Assembly: GCA_903854475.1 (NCBI GenBank)
Contig: CAINWP010000080.1
Span: forward strand, 1,995 to 65,994
DNA length: 64,000 nucleotides
Direction of reading: 5' to 3'
Source: an uncultured Verrucomicrobiota bacterium
Lineage (GTDB): Bacteria > Verrucomicrobiota > Verrucomicrobiia > Limisphaerales > UBA9464
The first letter of the stretch is position 1. Each line of letters opens with the position of its first letter. The notes below the pieces were generated by a model. That model did no database searches and was not told the DNA's origin. It worked only from the letters and a program-made list of their open reading frames with translations. Below, one piece after another: positions 47,588-55,279 of this stretch. Both the position numbers and the translations under genes were made by a program.

Positions 47588-48886
47588 TTAGCGAGTGGAA
47601 ATGCTCTCGGTGATCTTGAACATTGCCGACATCACACCCAAGAGCATGAAGCCGACCACAAAGGCGATGGCCACGATGATCACCGGTTGGATGAGGTTGG
47701 TCATCGCCGTCAAACCGACATTGAGGTCGTTCTCGTAGGTATCGGCCACGTTGGACAACGCCGCGGGCACGTCGCCTGTCTCCTCGCCAATCTTGATTAG
47801 GTCGATCATCAGCTGCGGAAATAGTCGGCTCTTGGCCAAGGGTTGCGCCAAGGTCTTGCCGTCGGTGACGGCCTCGCGGGTGCGGGCGATGGCCTCCTTG
47901 ATCACCACGTTGGGCATGACTTGCTCGGTGATGCGCAGCGCCTGCAACACCGGCACGCCGTTCTGAAGCAAGGTCGAGAGCGTGCGCGCGAACTGCCCAA
48001 ACAAGTTGAGTCGAACCACCTTGCCAATGACTGGAAGCTTCATCACCAGACGGTCCAACGACTCTCGACCCGCCTTGCTAGCTCGGTAGCGTCGGAAGCC
48101 GGCCACCGCTGCACCACAGGCCAAAAGCAGTGCCCACCAGTAGCCACTAAGAAAACTGCTAATGGCGATGAGCATTTTGGTCATGGCCGGCAACTCGATT
48201 TTGGTGTTGTCGAAGAGCGTCATGAACTTCGGCAACATGACCGTCATGAAAAAGATGACCAGCGCTCCACCGACGACGCAGACCACGGCCGGATAAATCA
48301 TGGCCGACTTGAACTTCGACTGAACCTCGGCAAACCGATCAAAATGGGCCGCCTGCCGCCGCAGGACCTCCTCAAGCGCGCCGGACTGCTCACCTGCCCG
48401 GACCATGTTAATGACCAGATCCGGGAAGATGTGGTTCTGGCGAGCCATGGCATCGGAGAGACTGCGACCCTCGGTCACATCCTGCTTGAGCTGACGACTG
48501 GCCTCACCGGGAATACCCTTGGAGGACAGGCTTTCCATGCTGCGCAGGGCCATCGTGAGAGGCATTCCCGCACGAAGCAAATTGGCCAACTGGAGGGTGT
48601 ACATGGCCAACTCCTTGAGTCCGGGCTTTTTTGGGCCCCGCGCGAACAGCCGACTTATCCCTGCCCTGGATCCTTCGGCGGCCGCGGCCCGTGCTGCGGG
48701 TGAACCGGCCGACGACGAAGACGAAGACTTCGCCGGCTTGGTCGAACCCTTTGCTTGAACCACGGAAACCGGGATCACTCCCAACCGTTCGACCTGCACG
48801 ACGGCAGTCGCACGGTCCCCCGCTTCGAGGACTCCTTCGACGACTTCACCCGAACGCCGCCGTGCCTTGTAGTTGAATTGCGCCAT
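47588..48886 (-). CDS. gspF: Type II secretion / type IV pilus platform protein GspF/PilC family
   Basis: MAQFNYKARRRSGEVVEGVLEA..., and duplicated T2SSF domains with three TM regions. The start is set at ATG 48886; the ORF track begins at 49063. There is a Ser/Ala-rich insertion near residue 70. Confidence 0.88.
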   Translation of the reverse strand: MAQFNYKARRRSGEVVEGVLEAGDRATAVVQVERLGVIPVSVVQAKGSTKPAKSSSSSSAGSPAARAAAAEGSRAGISRLFARGPKKPGLKELAMYTLQLANLLRAGMPLTMALRSMESLSSKGIPGEASRQLKQDVTEGRSLSDAMARQNHIFPDLVINMVRAGEQSGALEEVLRRQAAHFDRFAEVQSKFKSAMIYPAVVCVVGGALVIFFMTVMLPKFMTLFDNTKIELPAMTKMLIAISSFLSGYWWALLLACGAAVAGFRRYRASKAGRESLDRLVMKLPVIGKVVRLNLFGQFARTLSTLLQNGVPVLQALRITEQVMPNVVIKEAIARTREAVTDGKTLAQPLAKSRLFPQLMIDLIKIGEETGDVPAALSNVADTYENDLNVGLTAMTNLIQPVIIVAIAFVVGFMLLGVMSAMFKITESISTR

Positions 48887-48947
48887 GTCGCGTGCCGTTT
48901 GGATAACCGGCGCGCGCCGAAAGTTCCATCTCCCCGATGCGGAGGCT

Positions 48948-49259
48948 TCAGCTGACTGCCAAGAGAGAGACCCGTTGTCCCTCGGCGTTGCGGCTAATTC
49001 CCTGACCGCGCGGGTCCACCTGCAAGGTGCCATCCACCCAGAAGGCATACTGGTGGTGACCATGACGGATGTTCACTGAAGCCTGCCAAGATCCATCAAA
49101 GGCTTGAGTCATCGGATTGGAATCCGGTTTCCAGGCGTTAAATTCCCCCACAACGGCTACTTTCTGGGCCTGGGGAGCCAGGCAGATGAAATGGACCGGG
49201 ACCAGCGCCTTGGAACCAAGGGATCGCGGGGGACCTGGAGGACGAGAAGCCGAGTTCAT
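48948..49259 (-). CDS. Small AMPK1_CBM/CBM48-like (glycogen-binding-type) domain protein
   Basis: VHFICLAPQAQKVAVVGEFNAWKPDSNPMTQAFDGSWQASVNIRHGHHQYAFWVDGTLQVDP follows the V.F......V.V.G.FN.W...M....G.W......G.Y.Y.F.VDG....DP pattern. Confidence 0.65.
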   Translation of the reverse strand: MNSASRPPGPPRSLGSKALVPVHFICLAPQAQKVAVVGEFNAWKPDSNPMTQAFDGSWQASVNIRHGHHQYAFWVDGTLQVDPRGQGISRNAEGQRVSLLAVS

Positions 49260-49448
49260 GAATTCTAGAAAGAGTCTCTGGTCGCACTGAGTCTTACTCT
49301 TTAACTCCGCGCGATCTCCGAGAGCCGGCTAAGAAAACCATTTGTAAACCGGGGGCAAGTGGATTTCGCAAGAATCCGTCGATTCCTCAAATTCACCACT
49401 TTGCAGACGGGTTGCGGATTCAATCATTTCTAGAGAGCCTGTTGGGCA

Positions 49449-50183
49449 GTGTTGGGCACTTGGATTAATGCAGTTGCCGGGGTCGGAGTGCTTCTATGGG
49501 TTCGCCGCCCCCTGGGCACAGAGAATAAGCCTCTCGATTTGGGACGATTCCGCTGGGGAGCCGCTGGTTTGGCGGCACTCATCGGTGTGACCGGGATCAT
49601 CCATGCCCTGCCCTCCTCACTATCCGGCGCGATCCGCTATTTGGGCATTGCGCTCTTCGGCCTGTTGTTGGGCAACCTCACCGGCCGAATTTTGGGCCTG
49701 CAGCGGGGCCTGGACGCCTGGGGGAGGAACCTTTCGGGTCATCTGCCCAAGCCTACCGGAACACCCACCGATGTGCCGGGAGCGTTGTCCATCGGGGCTC
49801 TTCTGGCACTCAACCCATTGCTCATCCCCGCCGCCGTCCAGGACGGACTGGAACATCGGTGGGTCGGACTGGCCTTGAAGTCAGTATTGGACGCGGTCGC
49901 TCTCCACGCGTGGGTTCGGAGCCTGTCCCCAATCCGGTGGAGCCTGCCCCTTGTGATGCTGGGGGTCATCCTTCTCTGGCAGACCTGCTGGACGGCGGGC
50001 GCGGCAGCCTTGGCCAGTTGGCTCCAAGCCCAGGGCGTTTCCGATGCACTCATGACGGCTTGCAGCCTGCTGATTCTTTGCAGCGCCCCAGCTATCGCCG
50101 GTGTGCGTAGAGCCGCTCTAGCCAATTTGTTGCCGGCGCTGGTCTGGATTCCCGCCCTGGCATTCTGGCTGCGCGGCGGATGA
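49449..50183 (+). CDS. Polytopic membrane protein, DUF554-like
   Basis: The (M)LGTWINAVAGVG start pattern and LALKSVLDAVAL segment resemble DUF554 (YdfK-type). Hydrophobic throughout; GTG start. Confidence 0.5.
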   Translation: MLGTWINAVAGVGVLLWVRRPLGTENKPLDLGRFRWGAAGLAALIGVTGIIHALPSSLSGAIRYLGIALFGLLLGNLTGRILGLQRGLDAWGRNLSGHLPKPTGTPTDVPGALSIGALLALNPLLIPAAVQDGLEHRWVGLALKSVLDAVALHAWVRSLSPIRWSLPLVMLGVILLWQTCWTAGAAALASWLQAQGVSDALMTACSLLILCSAPAIAGVRRAALANLLPALVWIPALAFWLRGG

Positions 50184-50249
50184 CCGTTGCGTAATGGCAC
50201 CTACAGCCCGCGCTTCCCTCGTTCACAATCGGTCTTTAAGCTTCAGTCC

Positions 50250-50999
50250 ATGATCCCGAGGTTGAACTCCCTTCCCAGTGGGGCGGCGCTGTGGTCGGTG
50301 CTCTTGGCGCTCCCCCTCTTGGCGCAAGTTCCAATCCCTCCGGCCCAGTTGGCCAAACTGCCACCCGCCCTGAAACGACCGGTGGACTTCAAAACGGAGG
50401 TTTATCCGCTATTCAAGGCGACGTGTTTCAAGTGCCACGGCCCCGAAAAGCAGAAAGGGAAATACCGTATGGATACCCGGGAAGGGGCCTTCAAAGTGAG
50501 CGGCGACCATGGCCCTGCCATTGAAGCCGGTCACAGCGCAAACAGTGCGATCATCCTCATGGCCGCGGGATTGATCGATGAAATGCTCATGCCTCCACCC
50601 GGAGGCAAACCCGGTGAGAGTGACCCCCTCACCGCTCAGCAAATTGGCATGCTTCGGGCGTGGATTGATCAAGGAGCCGTTTGGCCCGATGGCCCCATCG
50701 CCGAAGTGATCCAGCCGGTTCGCTTTGAACCCGATATTCAGAAACTCTTGGTTGCTTCCTGTGCCAAATGCCATTCCGGCGCAACCGCCGAGGGCGGGTT
50801 CTCGGTGGATTCACTCGAACGGTTGCTCGCTGGGGGCAAATCCTACGGCCGGGTCGTTGTGCCCGGCGATCTCCGCAAGTCCTCACTCCTGACCATCCTC
50901 GCCGGGAAGGATGAAGACATTCCCAAGCCAGAAGCTCATCGGATTCCCGAGAAGTCTCTCAAACAGGTGGAAGAGTGGATTCGGCAGGGTGCGAAATAA
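50250..50999 (+). CDS. Secreted protein with two PSCyt1 (planctomycete cytochrome c) domains
   Basis: Signal peptide MIPRLNSLPSGAALWSVLLALPLLAQ. Two CxxCH contexts: VYPLFKATCFKCHGPEKQKGKYRMD and IQKLLVASCAKCHSG...GGFSVDS. Confidence 0.75.
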   Translation: MIPRLNSLPSGAALWSVLLALPLLAQVPIPPAQLAKLPPALKRPVDFKTEVYPLFKATCFKCHGPEKQKGKYRMDTREGAFKVSGDHGPAIEAGHSANSAIILMAAGLIDEMLMPPPGGKPGESDPLTAQQIGMLRAWIDQGAVWPDGPIAEVIQPVRFEPDIQKLLVASCAKCHSGATAEGGFSVDSLERLLAGGKSYGRVVVPGDLRKSSLLTILAGKDEDIPKPEAHRIPEKSLKQVEEWIRQGAK

Positions 51000-51741
51000 C
51001 GCCGCGGTCGGCACGGACATACTGCAAGAAGCGCTCATCACCCACCGTCCTCACGCGGACCAACCGGAAGCGCACGGCATCGGCCAGGCAGGCCGCCAAC
51101 GGGCCGTCTGCGATCGTGGGGGCCGCCTGTCCTCCAAAGATCCGAGGTACCCAGGTGAGTCGAATCTCATCGACACAGTCTGCGGCCAAAAGGGTGGCAT
51201 TCACCCGTCCCCCGCCTTCCGCAACCAAGCGACGAATTCCATGGCGCCCGGCCAACCAGGCCAAGGCGGCCGGAAAATCGACCTGACTGCCGGGCGAACT
51301 CCAAACCTCCGCTCCGAGATCACGCAATCGTTGCAGATTGGGTTTTGAAGCGTTTCCAGCACTGAAAATGACGATTGGAGCCCCTGGACGCTTCCACAGT
51401 TCTGCCTCAGAGGAAAGAGAGCCGGAGCCACTCACCACCACTCGGACGGGCTCGGGAGCCAACCCTGCTCGCCGCCGGGTCGCCTTATGTTCCGAGGAGC
51501 CTGTCCCCAAAGTCGCTCCGGTTTCTTCGACGGTTCGCGCTCCGCACACGAGGGCGTCGGCAGTAGCCCGAAGGGCATAGAGGGCTTTTTTGTCGTGAGG
51601 GCTCCCAAAAGTGGTCACTTCGCGGCCGGCGGTAGCGACCTTGCCATCGGCCGTCATGGCCATGTTAATGACGACGTAGGGTCGCTGCCCGGCTTCTGGC
51701 AAACCAGGATGCGATTTAATGGAGGAACATGGCGTCGCCAT
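50959..51741 (-). CDS. RibD C-terminal domain reductase (DHFR-like fold)
   Basis: RPYVVINMAMTADGKVA..., RRLVAEGGGRVNATLL, and DEIRLTWVPRIFGG. The start is uncertain (ATG 51741 chosen). The 3' end overlaps the convergent PSCyt1 gene by 41 bp. Confidence 0.75.
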   Translation of the reverse strand: MATPCSSIKSHPGLPEAGQRPYVVINMAMTADGKVATAGREVTTFGSPHDKKALYALRATADALVCGARTVEETGATLGTGSSEHKATRRRAGLAPEPVRVVVSGSGSLSSEAELWKRPGAPIVIFSAGNASKPNLQRLRDLGAEVWSSPGSQVDFPAALAWLAGRHGIRRLVAEGGGRVNATLLAADCVDEIRLTWVPRIFGGQAAPTIADGPLAACLADAVRFRLVRVRTVGDERFLQYVRADRGVISHPAESTLPPV

Positions 51742-52786
51742 AACTAAAGAACCGATAGTGCTCACGAATAGCCTCCGCGTAAGCCAACTGAACGCGTTCG
51801 CACCCCCCAAGTCCCCCCGGATCGGCAAAGGCGCTGACCAGCATCAGTAAGGTGCTTCGGGGCAGATGGAAGTTCGTCAGAAGCCCGTTAACTATGCGGA
51901 ACCGATAGGGGGGGTGAATAAAAATGCGGGTCCGACCGGTACACGGTTGGATGGGACCTTCGGTCTGGGCAGCCACGGTCTCCAAAACGCGCATGCTGGT
52001 GGTCCCCACAGCGATGACACGCCTCCCCGACGCTCGGGCAGCATTGATATCTTGAGCGGTTTCTATACCCAAAAAAAACCGTTCTTCGTGCATGGTGTGC
52101 TCGGAAAGCGACTCAGCCTTGACCGGAAGGAAAGTTCCGACCCCAACGTGCAATGTCACGTAGCACAGACGAACCCCCTTGGCCTCAAGAGAACGAAGAA
52201 TTCCCTCCGTAAAATGCAGGCCGGCCGTCGGAGCGGCCACAGATCCCTCAGCACGACCGTAGACGGTCTGATACCGAACGGCATCCAACTCGCTGGCGCC
52301 TTGTTCGCCTCTCTCAATGTAGGGAGGTAATGGAATTTGACCGATCTTGGAGAGCCGTTCCCAAAAGAATTCCGGTTGCTCCCACCGTACCAAGATGTGC
52401 CCGTCGAGATTCTTGTCGATGACCTCGCACACCAGTTGGCCCGTCCCGGGTTCACCGAATTGCAGGCGCATGCCCGGTCGGACTCGTTTTCCGGGGCGGA
52501 CCATGGACCACCAAAAACCCGGCTCGGCCTCCTCGAGCAACAAGAGTTCTACTCGACCCGGTGACTCGAGTTTCATCCCCAGCAAGCGGGCGGGAATAAC
52601 CCGAGAATCATTCATCACCAACACATCGCCTTCTCGCAAAAGTTTAACGATATCGGAGAACTTCTGGTGCTCAAACCCTCCTGAATGACGATCTAACACC
52701 ATCAGACGAGACCCGTCCCGCTCCGCAGGTGGAGATTGGGCAATGCGATCGGATGGCAGGTCGAAATCAAAATCCGCTACACGCAC
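51716..52786 (-). CDS. queA: S-adenosylmethionine:tRNA ribosyltransferase-isomerase
   Basis: MRVADFDFDLPSDRIAQSPPAERDGSRLMVL..., LPPYI, AAPTAGLHFT, TLHVGVGTF, VGTTS, and TNFHLPRSTLLMLVSAF. Confidence 0.95.
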   Translation of the reverse strand: MRVADFDFDLPSDRIAQSPPAERDGSRLMVLDRHSGGFEHQKFSDIVKLLREGDVLVMNDSRVIPARLLGMKLESPGRVELLLLEEAEPGFWWSMVRPGKRVRPGMRLQFGEPGTGQLVCEVIDKNLDGHILVRWEQPEFFWERLSKIGQIPLPPYIERGEQGASELDAVRYQTVYGRAEGSVAAPTAGLHFTEGILRSLEAKGVRLCYVTLHVGVGTFLPVKAESLSEHTMHEERFFLGIETAQDINAARASGRRVIAVGTTSMRVLETVAAQTEGPIQPCTGRTRIFIHPPYRFRIVNGLLTNFHLPRSTLLMLVSAFADPGGLGGCERVQLAYAEAIREHYRFFSYGDAMFLH

Positions 52787-53023
52787 ACAGGGAGGAAAAG
52801 GGAAACAACCCTGAATGTCGATCTCAACATGTCTTAAATGTTAACGGTATTCATTGGCATTTCAGACTAAATCCCAATTGTGTACAACTTGTTCATAAGA
52901 ACTAGTAAGAAAAAGCAACGAGTTAGTTGCAAAAAGGGAGGCATTTGCTGTAAGAAGTAGCCGTCCACAGGATTCAGTAGTTTGTGACGATTCGGGACGA
53001 GGGGTAAGCCCTCACACGCTCAA

Positions 53024-53533
53024 ATGACCGCCGCAGGTGCCATCACAGAAATCGGAGCCGCTAGGACTGGAGCAACTCCAGCGTCCCAGCGTCCCCGTTT
53101 CACCTGGCGCTACGACCACAAGCTCGATTCTCAAGGCCGGGTTCCATTGCCAGCCAAATGGCGACCTGAAGATCCCTCCAGTTTGTCCCTTATGGCGGTG
53201 ATGATCCGACACCCGTCGGAGGCAGAGTTCGTGATGGTGCTGCCGGTCGAACAATTCGAGCGCTTCAGCAACCCCATCTGCCAGGGTGACTTCACTGACC
53301 CGCTGAGACTCGCCGAGAGGCACGACTATGTGGATCGGATCATCGAACTAGAACTCGACAGCGCCGGGCGGATTTGTTTGCCCAAAGAAATGCGCGGAGC
53401 CGCAGGCCTGACCGAGGACGTTCTTTTCGTCGGATGCATCGATCGATTCGAGATGTGGAACCCTGAATCCTATCAGATGGCACGCCTCTCTGAACGGCTC
53501 ATCAAAAAGGTCCAGAATCCCCAAAAGACATGA
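53024..53533 (+). CDS. mraZ: Division/cell wall cluster transcriptional regulator MraZ
   Basis: Two SpoVT-AbrB-like halves: YDHKLDSQGRVPLPAKWR and LELDSAGRICLPKEMR. It is the first gene of the dcw cluster and carries about 25 extra N-terminal residues. Confidence 0.85.
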   Translation: MTAAGAITEIGAARTGATPASQRPRFTWRYDHKLDSQGRVPLPAKWRPEDPSSLSLMAVMIRHPSEAEFVMVLPVEQFERFSNPICQGDFTDPLRLAERHDYVDRIIELELDSAGRICLPKEMRGAAGLTEDVLFVGCIDRFEMWNPESYQMARLSERLIKKVQNPQKT

Positions 53534-53925
53534 AGCTGTTGGCACTGCTCAACCCGCGATCCTGGTTTTCTTCGGGCCAACGCGAACCGCTCTCCTCCCT
53601 TCAACAAACCTCTGGCTTGGGGGGCGTCCCACTCGGCTCCGTCAAAGCACTACCGGAGACACTCGTTCGCCGCTTTTTCTCCTTTGAGAATCGGCGAACA
53701 CCGAACCGAAATCTCATTCAAGGAGAGCTCCAACTGCCTGCCGTGACACCTATGCGCAACGACCTCATCGAGGACGACGTGGAACTGGTGCGCCGCCGTC
53801 GAGAAACTCGTCTCCTGCACGAGACCCGCCCGCCCGGAGCCGGCGGAACCCACGATCCTGAACTGGCCGTCAACCGCCTGCGAAACCGGGCACCGGAGAC
53901 CAGTCGCCTGGTTGCGCGGGACTGA
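53530..53925 (+). CDS. Hypothetical protein inserted between mraZ and rsmH
   Basis: 131-aa ORF whose ATG overlaps the mraZ stop (ATGA). Arg-rich, no family recognised. Confidence 0.45.
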   Translation: MKLLALLNPRSWFSSGQREPLSSLQQTSGLGGVPLGSVKALPETLVRRFFSFENRRTPNRNLIQGELQLPAVTPMRNDLIEDDVELVRRRRETRLLHETRPPGAGGTHDPELAVNRLRNRAPETSRLVARD

Positions 53926-53939
53926 ATGCTTGATGCCGC

Positions 53940-54881
53940 GTGCCCTCATTTTCCCACCAACCTGTTCTACTCTCAGAAGTAGTGAGCGCACTCCAGCCCA
54001 AGGGACAAGGCCGTTACCTGGATGGTACCCTGGGTGGTGGCGGCCATGCCGCGGCAATTCTAGAGGTTAGCTCACCGGATGGTTTTCTCTACGGTTGCGA
54101 CCGGGACGCCGAGGCCCTTTCCGCCGCCCGTGAACAACTCAAGCCCTACACCGAGCGACTGGAGACCCATCAGGGTAATTTCACCGAGGCAGACCGGTGG
54201 ATCGCCCCCAAATCGCTCGACGGGATCCTGCTCGATCTCGGTGTGAGTTCCCATCAACTCGACACTCCCGAGCGCGGGTTTTCCTTCCAGAAAGACGGGC
54301 CTCTGGACATGCGCATGGATCAGAGCGAAGCCAGCCCCACCGCGGCAGACCTCGTGAACACGCTCCCAGCCAGCGAATTGGCGGATGTTTTCTGGAAACT
54401 GGGCGATGAGCGGCACTCCCGAAAAATCGCCCGAGCCATCGAAACCGAGCGCCGCAATCGACCCTTCACCAGCACCAGCCAACTCGCCCAATTCATCGAG
54501 CGGATCTGTCCCCGACGGGGAGCACCCACCCACCCAGCCACCCGCTGCTTTCAGGCATTGAGAATTGCCACCAATGATGAGTTGACCGCGGTCCAGAATG
54601 GCTTGGAGCGCGCATTCCGACTCTTAGCTCCCGGTGGCCGATTGGCGGTAATTAGCTTCCAATCCCTAGAAGATCGCTTGGTTAAGGAGTTCATGCGGCG
54701 CGAAGCCCGGGACTATGACTTTGAAGGCCCTGAGGACCACCCGGATTTCCGGCACTCGCGGCGTCCCCGCGGCCGAGAGTTGGCCCGAAAAGGAATCGTG
54801 GCCTCAGAATCGGAACTAAGTACCAACCCCCGGGCCCGCAGTGCGCGACTGCGAGTGCTAGAACGTCTTCCGGAACCATGA
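53940..54881 (+). CDS. rsmH: 16S rRNA (cytosine1402-N4)-methyltransferase
   Basis: HQPVLLSEVV...YLDGTLGGGGHA, LLDLGVSSHQLD, GPLDMRM, FQALRIATNDEL, and SFQSLEDR. Confidence 0.95.
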   Translation: MPSFSHQPVLLSEVVSALQPKGQGRYLDGTLGGGGHAAAILEVSSPDGFLYGCDRDAEALSAAREQLKPYTERLETHQGNFTEADRWIAPKSLDGILLDLGVSSHQLDTPERGFSFQKDGPLDMRMDQSEASPTAADLVNTLPASELADVFWKLGDERHSRKIARAIETERRNRPFTSTSQLAQFIERICPRRGAPTHPATRCFQALRIATNDELTAVQNGLERAFRLLAPGGRLAVISFQSLEDRLVKEFMRREARDYDFEGPEDHPDFRHSRRPRGRELARKGIVASESELSTNPRARSARLRVLERLPEP

Positions 54882-55270
54882 GCACCAAAAACCGTTCCGA
54901 AATCCGGCTAGGTACGATTGTGCGAGCCCTCCTGGGTTCTGCACTTATCGGGACATTGGGGTTCCTGTGGATTCTCCAAAGCCGCGCCCATCAGCGGCTT
55001 CAAGACCAAATTAGTCAGATCCGCACCCAATGTACCGTCTTAGAGCGCTCCATCGGGCGGGATCAGCAGGAAATCGAAAAACTCCTCACCCGACCCGCAC
55101 TCATCCGCCGCATTCAAGAGCTCCGACTGGGACTCACCAACATCGCCTACCGCCAAGTCATCCACGTGACCAACCAGTCCCCAGGCATCTCCCCTAATTC
55201 GGAACTAACCCGCAACACCACCCATCCCACCGCGCCTGCGCCCCCGTTAGCCGTAGCCATCCCACGCTGA
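54878..55270 (+). CDS. ftsL: FtsL-like cell division protein
   Basis: Single TM segment (ALLGSALIGTLGFLWIL) followed by a coiled-coil-like segment. It sits between rsmH and ftsI, with an ATGA overlap with rsmH. Confidence 0.65.
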   Translation: MSTKNRSEIRLGTIVRALLGSALIGTLGFLWILQSRAHQRLQDQISQIRTQCTVLERSIGRDQQEIEKLLTRPALIRRIQELRLGLTNIAYRQVIHVTNQSPGISPNSELTRNTTHPTAPAPPLAVAIPR

Positions 55271-55279
55271 ATCCACCGC

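Noticed and set aside
52787-53023. MraZ operator repeats in the AT-richer region upstream of mraZ
   Set aside because: I found only two AGTAG pentamers about 21 bp apart and a TGTACA palindrome. There is no convincing evenly spaced triple repeat.
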